From: Gemmatimonas sp.
GTDB taxonomy: Bacteria > Gemmatimonadota > Gemmatimonadetes > Gemmatimonadales > Gemmatimonadaceae
DNA: 64,000 nt
Reading direction: 5' to 3'
Assembly (NCBI GenBank): GCA_965279375.1
Contig: OZ257156.1
Location: 224,001 to 288,000, forward strand
Shown here: piece by piece, positions 48,123 through 59,157 of the stretch
Layout of the letters: every line of letters begins with the position of its first letter
Position numbering within the stretch: the first letter of the stretch is position 1
The notes under the pieces: generated by a model
The model's database searches: none
Told to the model about the DNA's origin: nothing
The model's input: the letters and a program-made list of their open reading frames with translations, nothing else
Program-made: the position numbers and the translations under genes

Positions 48123-48791
48123 ATGCGCAAATCCCGAGGCTTGTCGGCTGTGATCGCGTTGGCCGCGACCGTCGCGCTCTCCGCGTGCAGCAGTGCGCCG
48201 AGTGGCTCGGACGCGATGACCGCCGATCTCGAACGGGACTTGCAGCTCGCCGCCTCGGTACGGCCGGCACGCTCGCAGGCTGTGTCGTCCGTCGAATTGG
48301 TCGCCAACGGTGGAGAGAGTGGCCAGAACCGCGGCACGCGCGCGCTGGTGCGCACACCGCGGCGAGCGCCGACGCCCTCTCCCTCCGAGGCCACGCAGGA
48401 AGTGGCCGCACCGCAGGCACCCGCCGAAGAGCTGGCCCCGCTCCCTTCGCCCACGATCACAGAGACCGTTACCGCCCCAGCGCCGGCGCCGGTCGTCGAG
48501 CCCGTGGCCACCTCCGAGGGGAGCGGCCCGTACGTGGGCAGCTCACCCGGTACGTACGGCGGCATCGATGAGGGCGACCGCGATCGTGGTCGCGGCGACG
48601 GCAATCGCGGTCGGGGCCCTGGCGTCATCATTCGCGGCGGCTCAGCCGGCGAGGACCACTGCCAGCCGCGTGGACGCCGTGGTCCCGGTGGCATCGGCGG
48701 AATGGGTGGCATCGGCGGCAACATCGGTACCGTGATCGGCATCATCGGTGGCATCTCCGGCGGACGCCGCACACCCTATCCGCGCTACTAG
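48123..48791 (+). CDS. Hypothetical low-complexity lipoprotein
   Basis: GGAGGAG RBS; lipobox LSAC; DLERDLQLA; Pro/Ala- and Gly-rich regions; GVIIRGG...DHC motif. Confidence 0.75.
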   Translation: MRKSRGLSAVIALAATVALSACSSAPSGSDAMTADLERDLQLAASVRPARSQAVSSVELVANGGESGQNRGTRALVRTPRRAPTPSPSEATQEVAAPQAPAEELAPLPSPTITETVTAPAPAPVVEPVATSEGSGPYVGSSPGTYGGIDEGDRDRGRGDGNRGRGPGVIIRGGSAGEDHCQPRGRRGPGGIGGMGGIGGNIGTVIGIIGGISGGRRTPYPRY

Positions 48792-48810
48792 TCTGGACAC
48801 AGACCGCGGC

Positions 48811-49719
48811 GTGCACGCAGTTGCCGAGCACTCCGCTGGTGTGCGCGCAGCGATTGACTTCGGCATCAGCAACACCGATGTCGTCGCACGGATAGACGGA
48901 AGGCTGCGGCACTGGTCGCAGCCTTCGCTGCATGCCCCCGACGCGTCGCGACTGCGCGCGCTGCTGGCCGCCGGTGACATCGCCCTTGAAGCACTGACGC
49001 ACATCGCCGTCACCGGCGGTCGTCATCGCACGCTCCCCGAGCGCATCGGCGACTGTGACCTCGTTCGCGTGAACGAGGTGGCCGCCATCGGACGCGGCGG
49101 TCAGGCGCTGATAGTCGACGCGACCTACGACAGCACGGCCCCCGCGCTTGGTCGCGCGGCGCAGCACGACCACGCTCTCATCGTCGTCAGCGCGGGTTCG
49201 GGCACCGCCGTGGTATCCGCGCGCGGCCACACGTATGCGCACGTGACAGGCAGCGGCGTGGGTGGCGGCACTTTGCTCGGGCTGGGGCGACTGCTGTTGC
49301 AGACGGCCGATCCGCGCGAGATCGACGCGCTGGCGCAGCAGGGAGACGCCAACGGCGCGGACCTGAGCATCGGCGACGTCATCAGCGGCCCGATCGGCAC
49401 GCTGCCTCCCGACGCCACCGCCGTGAACTTCGGCAAGTTGGGACGCCAGGACATCGCGGTGAGCAAACCCGATCTCGCCGCCGCACTCATCACGCTCGTG
49501 GCACAGACGATCGGCACACTGGCCGTCAACGCAGCGCGCGCGCAGGGCACCCAGCGCATCGTCGTCGTCGGCCACATGACCGACCTGCTCACCGTGCGTC
49601 GCGTCCTCACGCAGGTGGGCGATCTCTACGGCATGGACATCGACATGCCGCCCGATTCAGGGTGTGCCACCGCCCTCGGTGCGCTCCACTTCGCCGCCGA
49701 GCGCAGCGTCAGCGACTAG
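48811..49719 (+). CDS. coaW: Type II (Fumble/CoaW-like) pantothenate kinase
   Basis: AIDFGISNTD, VTGG, NEVAAIGRG, SAGSGT, GSGVGGGTLLGLG, DLSIGDV, AVNFGK. Confidence 0.8.
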   Translation: MHAVAEHSAGVRAAIDFGISNTDVVARIDGRLRHWSQPSLHAPDASRLRALLAAGDIALEALTHIAVTGGRHRTLPERIGDCDLVRVNEVAAIGRGGQALIVDATYDSTAPALGRAAQHDHALIVVSAGSGTAVVSARGHTYAHVTGSGVGGGTLLGLGRLLLQTADPREIDALAQQGDANGADLSIGDVISGPIGTLPPDATAVNFGKLGRQDIAVSKPDLAAALITLVAQTIGTLAVNAARAQGTQRIVVVGHMTDLLTVRRVLTQVGDLYGMDIDMPPDSGCATALGALHFAAERSVSD

Positions 49720-49808
49720 GTGTCGCCTCCCGCGCATCGGCTCGCGATCATCGCCTTCCTGCGTCTCCTCCCGAGGCGCTGGCGCGTCAGGAGGGCTGCA
49801 ACAGGCGG

Positions 49809-51347
49809 TTAGCCGCGCGTCGGATTGCGCAGTCTGCTGTGCTTGGCGCCGTAGAGGAAGTACAGCACGAGCCCGACCAACAGCCAGATGCCGAAACGAA
49901 TCCAGGTCACGCCCGGCAGCTTGTACATCAGGTAGAAACACGCCACGACCGAGATCATCGGCGTGAACGGCACCCATGGCACACGGAACGGACGCGGACG
50001 ATCGGGATCGGTGCGACGCAGCACGATCACGCCGATCGACACGAGGATGAACGCGAAAAGCGTTCCGATATTGGTGAGGTCCACGACTTCGGCGATGTTC
50101 GCAAACGCGGCGAAGGTGGCGACGAAGAGCCCCGTGATGATCGTGCCGATATACGGCGTCTTGTACTTGGGATGCACCTTGGCAAAGAACGGCGGCAACA
50201 GTCCGTCGCGCGCCATCGACATGAAGATGCGCGGCTGGCCGAGCTGGAAGACGAGCAGCACGCTGCCCATCGCGATGACCGCGCCAATGGAGATGATGAA
50301 CCGCGACGCATTGAGGATCGCCGGCGGCCCGTCGGCCAATCGCAACGCCGTCACCATCGGCTCAGCGGTACCCAACTGCTGCCAAGGCGCGAGCCCCGTC
50401 ATCACGATCGACAGCGCGATGTAGAGCACGGTCGTGATCGCGAGACTCATGATGATGCCGAAGGGCATGTCCTTCGCGGGATTGATCGCTTCTTCAGCTG
50501 CGGTCGAGACGGCGTCGAAGCCGATGTAGCTGAAGAAGATGATCGCGGCCGCCGCGCTGATGCCGCCAAACCCGTTGGGCGCGAATCCACCCGTCGCCGG
50601 GTTGTTCCAGTTGATCGGCTTGATGAAGAACAGACCAACCGCGAGGAAGAAGAGGATGATCCCGATCTTGAGGATCACCATCGCGTTGTTGGAATTGGCC
50701 GACTCCTTGACGCCCTTGATCAGCACGAGCGTGATGAGCAGGACCACCAGAAACGCCGGCAGATTGGCGATGATGCGAAAGCCGAACAGCGTGGGTGCTG
50801 TCGTGAGCGCCGAAGCGATGTAGAGGGAGACGGCGTCCGTGGCACCGCCGGCGACCGCCTTGGCCGCGTCCGACGCGGAACGGAAGTCGGTGGCCAACCA
50901 CGGCGGCAGATCGAGCCCGAAAAAGCTCAGCAGCTCTCGAAAGTAGCCGGACCAACCGATCGCCACGCCGATGTTGCCGACTGCGTACTCGACGATCAGG
51001 TCCCAGCCGATGATCCACGCGACGAACTCACCCAGCGCTGCATACGCGTACGTGTACGCGGAGCCCGCGATCGGCACCATCGCCGCAAACTCGGCGTAGC
51101 ACAGCGCCGCGAAGCCGCAGGCCACTGCCGTCAGGATGAAAGAGAAGATGATCGCCGGGCCGGCGCCGGGGCGCGCGAGGTCGCCTGCGATGGCCGTGCC
51201 CGTGGTGGCGAAAATGCCGGCACCGATCGTCGCGCCGACGCCGAGCGCGGTCAGGTGCCACTTGTTCAGAGAGCGTTTGAGGCCGCCGCGTTCGGCGACA
51301 TCCTGCTCCATGTCGGTAACGGACTTTCGGACGAAAAGACCGGGCAT
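49809..51347 (-). CDS. APC family (cationic amino acid-type) permease
   Basis: GATIGAGIF, CYAEFAAMVPIAGSAYTY, FSYIGFDAVSTAAEE, MARDGLLP, RPFRVP. Confidence 0.92.
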   Translation of the reverse strand: MPGLFVRKSVTDMEQDVAERGGLKRSLNKWHLTALGVGATIGAGIFATTGTAIAGDLARPGAGPAIIFSFILTAVACGFAALCYAEFAAMVPIAGSAYTYAYAALGEFVAWIIGWDLIVEYAVGNIGVAIGWSGYFRELLSFFGLDLPPWLATDFRSASDAAKAVAGGATDAVSLYIASALTTAPTLFGFRIIANLPAFLVVLLITLVLIKGVKESANSNNAMVILKIGIILFFLAVGLFFIKPINWNNPATGGFAPNGFGGISAAAAIIFFSYIGFDAVSTAAEEAINPAKDMPFGIIMSLAITTVLYIALSIVMTGLAPWQQLGTAEPMVTALRLADGPPAILNASRFIISIGAVIAMGSVLLVFQLGQPRIFMSMARDGLLPPFFAKVHPKYKTPYIGTIITGLFVATFAAFANIAEVVDLTNIGTLFAFILVSIGVIVLRRTDPDRPRPFRVPWVPFTPMISVVACFYLMYKLPGVTWIRFGIWLLVGLVLYFLYGAKHSRLRNPTRG

Positions 51348-51434
51348 CTGGTATCGGGAAGGGGTCGGACCACGTACGGCGCGCGGCCCTATGCTTGCGA
51401 CGCGGAACGACCACGCGCAAGAGCGGCGGTACGA

Positions 51435-51923
51435 TCAGCCGATCGGTTCGAACACGCCCACGTCGCGGTTCTTCCGCACGTTGTCCCACGGGAACCAGCG
51501 GCCGTTCATCGCCACGTACACACCCGGGGGCAGCGTCTGCACGAAGCTGACGGCGCTGCCGAGGTTAAACAGCCCGTCCGAGCTGCCGAAAGCGTAGGGC
51601 ACCATCGCCCCGGTCAGCACGATCGTCTTGTCGCGGATCCCGAGCGCCAACGCGCGTGCGGTGTCCACCAGGGTATCCGTGCCGTGCGTGATGACGATCT
51701 GCGATTCCGCGCACATCGCGCAGGCGGCGACGATCGCGCCGCGCTGCGCATCGGTCATGTCGAGGCTGTCCACCATCATCAACACGTCGACCGCGACATC
51801 GAGTCCGCAGCGACCGCGACGCAGCATCTCCTCCACGTGGGTCGCACGAAAGTCCAGCGAGCCGCGCAGCTCGTCGTACTCCTTGTCGAAGGTGCCACCG
51901 GTGACGAACAGTCGTACGGTCAT
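51435..51923 (-). CDS. Short single-domain asparaginase-like protein
   Basis: TGGTFDK, DSLDM, THGTDT, LTGAM.P, SDGLFNLG. Confidence 0.85.
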   Translation of the reverse strand: MTVRLFVTGGTFDKEYDELRGSLDFRATHVEEMLRRGRCGLDVAVDVLMMVDSLDMTDAQRGAIVAACAMCAESQIVITHGTDTLVDTARALALGIRDKTIVLTGAMVPYAFGSSDGLFNLGSAVSFVQTLPPGVYVAMNGRWFPWDNVRKNRDVGVFEPIG

Positions 51924-51939
51924 GCGAAAAGTCCCGCCA

Positions 51940-52368
51940 TCAGATGGGTTGCGTGGGAAGGCTGGGGCGCTCGCCCTCATCCGGCTGGTTGCGCATATGG
52001 TCGGCCAGCTCGTGCAGCCGTTGCCGCAGCGCGACCCGCAGCGCTTCGGGCATCTCGTGCTGGCTGAGGGCGGTGTCCATGCACCAGAGCCATTCATCCC
52101 GCTCCACAGTGCCGATCGCAAACGGGAAGTGTCGCATCCGAAGGCGCGGATGTCCGAACTTCTCGACGTAGACGGGAGGTCCGCCGGTCCAGCCGGTCAT
52201 GAACAGGCGCAGCTTCTCGCGTGATACCTTGAGACTCGCCGCGTGCAGCGCCCGTACGTGTACTGCCTCCGGCGCGCTGTCCATGAGGTCATAAAAATGG
52301 TCGACGAGGCGACGGATGCCGTCCTCGCCGCCCAGCAAGTCGAAGTGCGTCGGTGCGGGCGAAGTCAT
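51940..52368 (-). CDS. glbO: Group II truncated haemoglobin
   Basis: LGGEDGI..LVD.FY, GWTGGPPVY...GHPRLRMRH..F.IG..ERD.W, ADHMRN. Confidence 0.88.
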   Translation of the reverse strand: MTSPAPTHFDLLGGEDGIRRLVDHFYDLMDSAPEAVHVRALHAASLKVSREKLRLFMTGWTGGPPVYVEKFGHPRLRMRHFPFAIGTVERDEWLWCMDTALSQHEMPEALRVALRQRLHELADHMRNQPDEGERPSLPTQPI

Positions 52369-52453
52369 GATGGAATCTCGCCCGTGCGTGTACGCGGTAC
52401 CAGCGTCACCTTTGCCTCGACCAGAAACTCGTCAGGTACTCGCCAGGAACTCG

Positions 52454-53038
52454 ATGGCCAAGAGCATCGTCCCCAAATCCGTACGCAGTGTGACGCGCAC
52501 GGTGCGTTCGCAGGTGACCATCCTCAGCAGCGCGCTCGGCGCGGCGTGGGTGGGATTCGCGGCCTCTGTGCTCTCGGGCGGCGCCTTGCTCTCGTTCGGT
52601 ATCGTCCCGCGCACCGTGGACGGACTGCGCGGCATTCTCTTCGCGCCATTTCTGCACGCCAGCTTCAATCACCTGCTGTCCAACACGGTGCCGTTCGTGG
52701 TGCTGGGTTGGCTGGTCATGCTGCGCGACTCGCGCCACTTCGGTCGCGTGACACTCGCGGCGATGCTGGGCTCAGGGCTCCTCTCGTGGACACTGGGCGC
52801 CCCGGGCTCGGTACACATCGGCGCCAGCGGCGTGATCTTCGGCTATCTCGGGTTCCTGATGCTGAGCGGCTGGTACGCGCGCACCTTCGGCAGCGTGCTG
52901 CTGAGCATCGGTGTGACCGCGGCGTGGGGAGGTCTCGCGCTGGGCGTCCTTCCCACGGTGCCGGGTGTGAGCTGGCAGGGGCATCTGGGTGGATTCATCG
53001 GCGGGATTCTCGCAGCGCGCGCGTTGCGGAAAAACTGA
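52454..53038 (+). CDS. Rhomboid family intramembrane serine protease
   Basis: PFLHASFNHLLSN, HIGASG, VSWQGHLGG. Confidence 0.88.
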   Translation: MAKSIVPKSVRSVTRTVRSQVTILSSALGAAWVGFAASVLSGGALLSFGIVPRTVDGLRGILFAPFLHASFNHLLSNTVPFVVLGWLVMLRDSRHFGRVTLAAMLGSGLLSWTLGAPGSVHIGASGVIFGYLGFLMLSGWYARTFGSVLLSIGVTAAWGGLALGVLPTVPGVSWQGHLGGFIGGILAARALRKN

Positions 53039-53093
53039 CGCGGCTCCGGGAGCTGTCCGCCACGACCAATTGTGTTTCCCGGTCAAGACGTCC

Positions 53094-53753
53094 TCAGCGA
53101 AACACCGCGATCTCCTCGAGTGACTTGCGTTCCAATGCAGGCACCTGCGCATCGCCGGCCGGATAGCCAACGGGCATCACGAGAAACGCCTTCTCGTTCG
53201 CCGGTCGTTCGAGCAGCTCGCCGAGAAAGGCCATCGGACTCGGCGTGTGCGTCAGCGTGACCAGCCCCATCGTGTGCACCGCTGCGATGAAGAAGCCGGC
53301 GGCAATGCCACAGCTTTCCTGCGTGTAGTAGTACGTCTGTTTGGTGCCGTCGCCGTTGAGGCCATAGCTCTGCCGGAAGAGCACGACGATCCACGGCGCA
53401 TCGGTCAAATGCGTCTTCACGGCGTCAGTACCGAGCGGTTCGAGTGCGGCGCGCCACTCGGGCGTGATGCGTTCCGCGTAGAAGAGCTGCTCTTCGGCCT
53501 CGGCCGCCTCACGTATGTGCGCCTTGAGCTCCGGGTCGGCGATGGCGACGAAGGTCCACGGCTGCTGGTGCGCACCGCTCGGCGAGGTACCCGCCGCACG
53601 AATGGCCTGTTCGATCCATTCACGCGGGACGGCCTCGGTCGAGAAGTGCCGCGTCGTGCGACGTCGGTTCATGTGCTCGGCGAATGCGGCCGCACGACTG
53701 GCGGACTCCTGCGGCTCGAGCCGCTGGAACGAAAGCGGGATGAAGGTGGGCAT
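53094..53753 (-). CDS. Nitroreductase superfamily protein, iodotyrosine deiodinase-like
   Basis: RRTTRHFS, AGTSPSGAHQQPW.F, REAAEAEEQLFY, PLGTD..K.HL..APW, YY..ES.GIA, LTHTPSPM, VGYPA..A.VP.L.RK. Confidence 0.85.
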   Translation of the reverse strand: MPTFIPLSFQRLEPQESASRAAAFAEHMNRRRTTRHFSTEAVPREWIEQAIRAAGTSPSGAHQQPWTFVAIADPELKAHIREAAEAEEQLFYAERITPEWRAALEPLGTDAVKTHLTDAPWIVVLFRQSYGLNGDGTKQTYYYTQESCGIAAGFFIAAVHTMGLVTLTHTPSPMAFLGELLERPANEKAFLVMPVGYPAGDAQVPALERKSLEEIAVFR

Positions 53754-53870
53754 GAGAGGAACCTGCCGCGAATGCGGCGAAAGGGAATACGGCCACCACC
53801 TGCATTGCGGCGAGGCATCCGCAGACCGAATTTGACGCATTCTCGTCACCACACTCGCCTGGACACCGAC

Positions 53871-54293
53871 GTGCAGACCAAAATCAACGAGTACATCGCC
53901 GCGCAGCCGGAAAAGAAGCGACAGGACATGCAAACGCTGCACGATCGCATTGTCGCGCTGATGCCCGGCTGTCGGCTGTGGTTTCTCGACGGCAAGGACG
54001 ACAGCGGTCGAACGGTGACCAATCCGAACATCGGATACGGTGCGCAGACGATGACGTACGCCGATGGACACACGCGCGAGTTCTACCAGATCGGCATCAG
54101 CGCGAATACCACCGGCATCTCCGTCTACATCATGGGGCTCCCCGACAAGGCGCACTTGGTGGAGACGTACGGTGAGACGATCGGCAAGGCGAGCGTGACC
54201 GGGTACTGCATCAAGTTCAGCGCACTGCGCAACATCGACATGCGTGTACTCGAAACGGCGATCCTCGACGGGGTCGCGCAGACCAGCGCCTGA
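53871..54293 (+). CDS. DUF1801 domain protein
   Basis: YIAAQPEKKR.DM..LH..I, NPNIGYG, GISVYI, GKASVTGYCIKF. Start may be TTG 53832. Confidence 0.8.
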   Translation: MQTKINEYIAAQPEKKRQDMQTLHDRIVALMPGCRLWFLDGKDDSGRTVTNPNIGYGAQTMTYADGHTREFYQIGISANTTGISVYIMGLPDKAHLVETYGETIGKASVTGYCIKFSALRNIDMRVLETAILDGVAQTSA

Positions 54294-54345
54294 AGGCAAG
54301 AAGTTCCGGCGCACACGAGCACGTGCGCCGGTCGTTCGCTGCCCG

Positions 54346-55518
54346 CTAACGCCCCGCTGCTGTCGTGAATGGCACGGAAACCATGCTGCCGCCCCACGAC
54401 ATCTCGATGGCGCCGCGATTCGCCGCCAAGGCCCTCACGGCGATCGTGAACTCCTCCGCGTGACTGGCCGTCGGCGTCATCTGCATCGACACGCGCCCGA
54501 AATCCTGCGCGGCGTCGTACTGCGTTCCCCACTGTCCCGTACCCTTGTTCACAATCAGGAACGTGCCGCTCTTCGTGTGCTGTACCCAGATGGTGTACAT
54601 GCCCGGCGGCACCACGAGCGTCTGCGTGCCGGCGGCACCGAGCGTGAGCGTGCGCGTGGTGAAGAGATGCGTGGCGTCGTTCGCGCCGGTGCGCCAGACC
54701 GTGTCGAACGGCACCAGCGTGCCACCCCACACTGAGCGATCACGCACCGACGGGCGGCCGTAGTCCACCAGCACCATCCCGCCCGGACCGAACGACCCGC
54801 GCGCGACATCGCGCAGTGACAGCACACCGGTGGGCTTCATCCCCTTGGCGATGGCCGCAATGTCCACTGCACTCGCACCACGCGTCGCGACCGACTTGTT
54901 GGTGGTGAACGATCCGTCAACCGACTGCAGCCGGCTGTTGGCGTCGAAGCGCAGCAGCATCGCGTACGCACCGCCGCGCAGGCGAAGCGTGTCACCAGCG
55001 GTGGCGCTCATTCCGGCGAAGCCGATGTTTCCCGCCGCGCCCAGTGCGGGGAGCGAATCCACGTTCGTGCCGGCCTTGCGCAGCATGGCCAACAGTTCAG
55101 TCGGGCCGTAGATGAACGTCGGGAAGTTCACCAACGCACCGCGTGCGGCAAAAGCGCGGCGTTGCGTGCTGTCGGCGAACACCACTTCGCGGACGATCGA
55201 GTCGGCGGTGATGGTGAATCGCGTGTCACTCGGCGCGTTCGGTGGGAGCGTACCATCGGCCTGCAGCCGCTTGAGTGAGGCGCGTGTCGGGCGACCGTCC
55301 TTGCCCAACGTGAGCGCGTACTGATAGCGCACCACCGCGGCACCCGAGCGCTGCACCATCTCGCCGGAGAGCGCCGACGCGGTGCGCGAATACTGTTCGA
55401 TGGCAACGGTGTCCTTGCCCAGTCGATAAACGAACGTGGCAGACGGTGACGCCGACTGCGCGGCGAGAGCGGGCGCGGTGATCAGCGAAAGCGCGGAGAG
55501 AACGAGTGCTGGGCGCAT
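54346..55518 (-). CDS. Exported DUF2911 domain protein
   Basis: Signal peptide; C-terminal VDYGRPSVRDR.VWG..LVP...VWRTGANDAT, GQWGT.Y. Confidence 0.82.
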   Translation of the reverse strand: MRPALVLSALSLITAPALAAQSASPSATFVYRLGKDTVAIEQYSRTASALSGEMVQRSGAAVVRYQYALTLGKDGRPTRASLKRLQADGTLPPNAPSDTRFTITADSIVREVVFADSTQRRAFAARGALVNFPTFIYGPTELLAMLRKAGTNVDSLPALGAAGNIGFAGMSATAGDTLRLRGGAYAMLLRFDANSRLQSVDGSFTTNKSVATRGASAVDIAAIAKGMKPTGVLSLRDVARGSFGPGGMVLVDYGRPSVRDRSVWGGTLVPFDTVWRTGANDATHLFTTRTLTLGAAGTQTLVVPPGMYTIWVQHTKSGTFLIVNKGTGQWGTQYDAAQDFGRVSMQMTPTASHAEEFTIAVRALAANRGAIEMSWGGSMVSVPFTTAAGR

Positions 55519-55610
55519 GGGAGGCGGGAGCGGTGGGAGGTGGAGACGACGCCAATGCTACCACAACCGGCCCGAAATGCCATCACACTGGCCGCCTTAC
55601 GCTGCGCCTG

Positions 55611-56792
55611 CTACGCGGTGGCAATCCGCGATCGACGCATCGCCGCCCACCAGATCGCGGTGCCGCCCGCGAGCGCCCACGCATACCCGTACGGCGCAAA
55701 CGCGGCCGTGAGACCGCAGGCGACGGCCAGCAGGAACGCGCCACGATCGCCCAGCTGATCGCGCACGAGCAACAGCACCGTGACAGCCTCGACCAACAGC
55801 AGCGTGCCAAGCACCGGCCCGGGGAAGAGCCGCTGAAACGCCGCCGGATCGCCCACCAGAAAGAGCCCGGCCACGATCAGAAACGCGCCATAGATGACCG
55901 CACTGCCTCCGGTGCGCGCTCCGAACGCATAGTGCCCCGCCACCCCGCCGCTGCCGTGGCAGACGGGCAGCCCCCCGAGCGGTGCGGCGAAGAGGTTCAT
56001 CAAGGCGTAGGTGGTGCCGATGCGGCGCACCGTAAGTGGTTCGCGCTGCGGAAAGAGATCGCCGACCACCTGTCGCGTCGCCAGTACGGAATTGCCGAGC
56101 GACAGCGCCAGCTGCGGGAGCGCGAGCAGCAGGCTGGCGCGCGCGAACTCCTCGCCGGTGGGCCAACGTGTGGGCAGCGACGGCAGTCGAAAACCGAACG
56201 GAAGCGCGACATCGGCCGGCCAATTGACGGCGGCATAGACGAATCCCATCGACAGCACCACGAGCGCGGCGGGCACCCTCGTGCTTTCGCGTAGCCCGAT
56301 GACGATGGCCAGCGCCACCGCCGCCAGTATCCAGCCACGCGCTCCGTCCGCCGGCAGGAATCGCGTGAGTGCGAGGTTGGCCAACTGCAGGCCGAGCCCC
56401 ACCTGGATGCCGCGCACGACCGCCTTGGGCACCGTCCGCGCCATCCACTCGAGCGCTCCGGTGTTGGCCAGCAGCAACATCACCACGCCCACGATCAGCC
56501 CGCCCGCGGCCAGCAGCGGCGGCGCCAGCTTCCCCGCGATGGCGATGGCTGCCATCGCCTTGAGCGGCTGCACAGGCATCGGCAGGCGATAGGCCAGCCC
56601 CGAGAGCACCTGCAACACACCGAACGTGACGAAAGCGGCCGTGGCATCCATGCCGGTCGCCACGACAACGCCTACCAATAAGGGCAGGTCGGTGCCAAGG
56701 TCCCCGAACGCACCCGCCAGCTCTCGTCGATCGAAGCGGATCGAGGTGGCGGTAGCGCGCGCGGAAAGCGAATCGGTCGCGGCTGCAGTCAT
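55611..56792 (-). CDS. Putative sulfate/molybdate transporter (MOT1-like)
   Basis: ELAGAFGDLGT..P, PMPVQPLKAM, VVRGIQ.GLG, PQL.LS..NS, PVCHGSGGVAGHYAFGARTGG. Confidence 0.87.
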   Translation of the reverse strand: MTAAATDSLSARATATSIRFDRRELAGAFGDLGTDLPLLVGVVVATGMDATAAFVTFGVLQVLSGLAYRLPMPVQPLKAMAAIAIAGKLAPPLLAAGGLIVGVVMLLLANTGALEWMARTVPKAVVRGIQVGLGLQLANLALTRFLPADGARGWILAAVALAIVIGLRESTRVPAALVVLSMGFVYAAVNWPADVALPFGFRLPSLPTRWPTGEEFARASLLLALPQLALSLGNSVLATRQVVGDLFPQREPLTVRRIGTTYALMNLFAAPLGGLPVCHGSGGVAGHYAFGARTGGSAVIYGAFLIVAGLFLVGDPAAFQRLFPGPVLGTLLLVEAVTVLLLVRDQLGDRGAFLLAVACGLTAAFAPYGYAWALAGGTAIWWAAMRRSRIATA

Positions 56793-56886
56793 TGACGGAA
56801 TATCTCGCGCGGCACCGTATTGCACGAGGCGGGGATTGCGACCGTTCAGATCGCCACAGATCCCTCCGCCCCTCCATCTTTCGTAC

Positions 56887-57844
<958 letters not shown>

Positions 57845-57852
<8 letters not shown>

Positions 57853-59128
57853 GCTCTTTGCAGTCATTCGCCGCGAGTATCTCGAACGCGTGCGCTCCAA
57901 GTGGTTTCTCATCGCGACGCTCTTCGGGCCGGTGTTCTTCGGCGGGATCATGTTCGTGCCGGCACTCATCTCGTCGCGCGACAAGGCGTCGGCCAACGGC
58001 ACCGACATCGCCATCGTGGATGCCACTGGCACCGGACTCGGCGAACGCGTGTCCGCGCGATTGGCCGGCGGCGTGGACGGCGGCGCGACGGCGCCCAAGG
58101 TGAACGTCGTGACGATGGACGCGCTGGTGCAGGCGGAATCGCTCGCGACGCGGCAGGTGGTGGCCGGCGACGTGAAGGGCTATCTGATCCTCGATACGCT
58201 CACCACGTCGGCCGCCAAGGCGCGCTACGCAGGCAGCAACACCACCGCGATCTTCGATATGCAGCGCATCGAGCGCGCCGTGCAGCGCGAAGTGCTGACG
58301 ATGGCGCTCGAAAAGAACGGCATCGATCCGGAAGTGGCGAAGAACGTGCTCAGTCGCAACGTGAACGTCGCCACGGAACGCCTCACCAAAACGGGACGCG
58401 GCGGCTCCGGGCAGCTCAACTTCATCTTCGGTGCCGCGGTCGCGTTCGTGCTCTACATGACGATCTTCATCTACGGGCTCAACGTCCTGCGTGGCGTGCT
58501 CGAAGAGAAGCAATCGCGCGTGGCCGAAGTGGTGATCTCCAGCTTGCCGTCTTCGCGACTGCTCGCTGGCAAGGTGATCGGCGTGGGCGGCGTGGGACTT
58601 ACGCAGCTCGTACTCTGGCTCTCGATGAGCTTTCTGATGTACAAGGTGCGCCAGCCCATTCTGGCCAAGTTCGGCGCCGACTCGATGGCCATCAGCATGC
58701 CCGATGTGTCGCTGGGACTCGGACTCGTCGTGCTCGCGTTCTTCGTGCTGGGCTTCATGCTGTACGCGGGGCTCTTTGCCGCGGCCGGCGCGACGGTGAA
58801 CAGCGAGCAGGAAGCGCAGCAGGCGCAGATGCCGGTGGTGCTCTTGCTCGTCACCAGCATCACCTTCTTGCAGAACATTCTGACGCAGCCGGACAGCACG
58901 CTCTCGCGCGTGCTCTCGATGCTGCCGTTCAGCGCACCGATCGTGATGCCGCTGCGCATGACGGTCGCACCGGTACCGCCGATGGAAGTCGCCCTCGCAC
59001 TGCTTTCCGTGTCACTAGGCGCGGTGGGCAGCGTGTGGCTGGCCAGCCGGATCTATCGCGTGGGCCTGCTGATGTACGGCAAGCGCCCGGGCATTCGCGA
59101 GATCTTCAAGTGGGTGGGGCAGAAGTAG
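57845..59128 (+). CDS. ABC-2 type (NatB/YhaP-like) permease
   Basis: RREYLERVR.K.F, VLEEKQSRVAEV, LLAGK..G, RIYRVGLLMYGK. Confidence 0.88.
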
Positions 59129-59157
59129 CGCCCCATCCAGCAGCGTAACGTCGCGAC

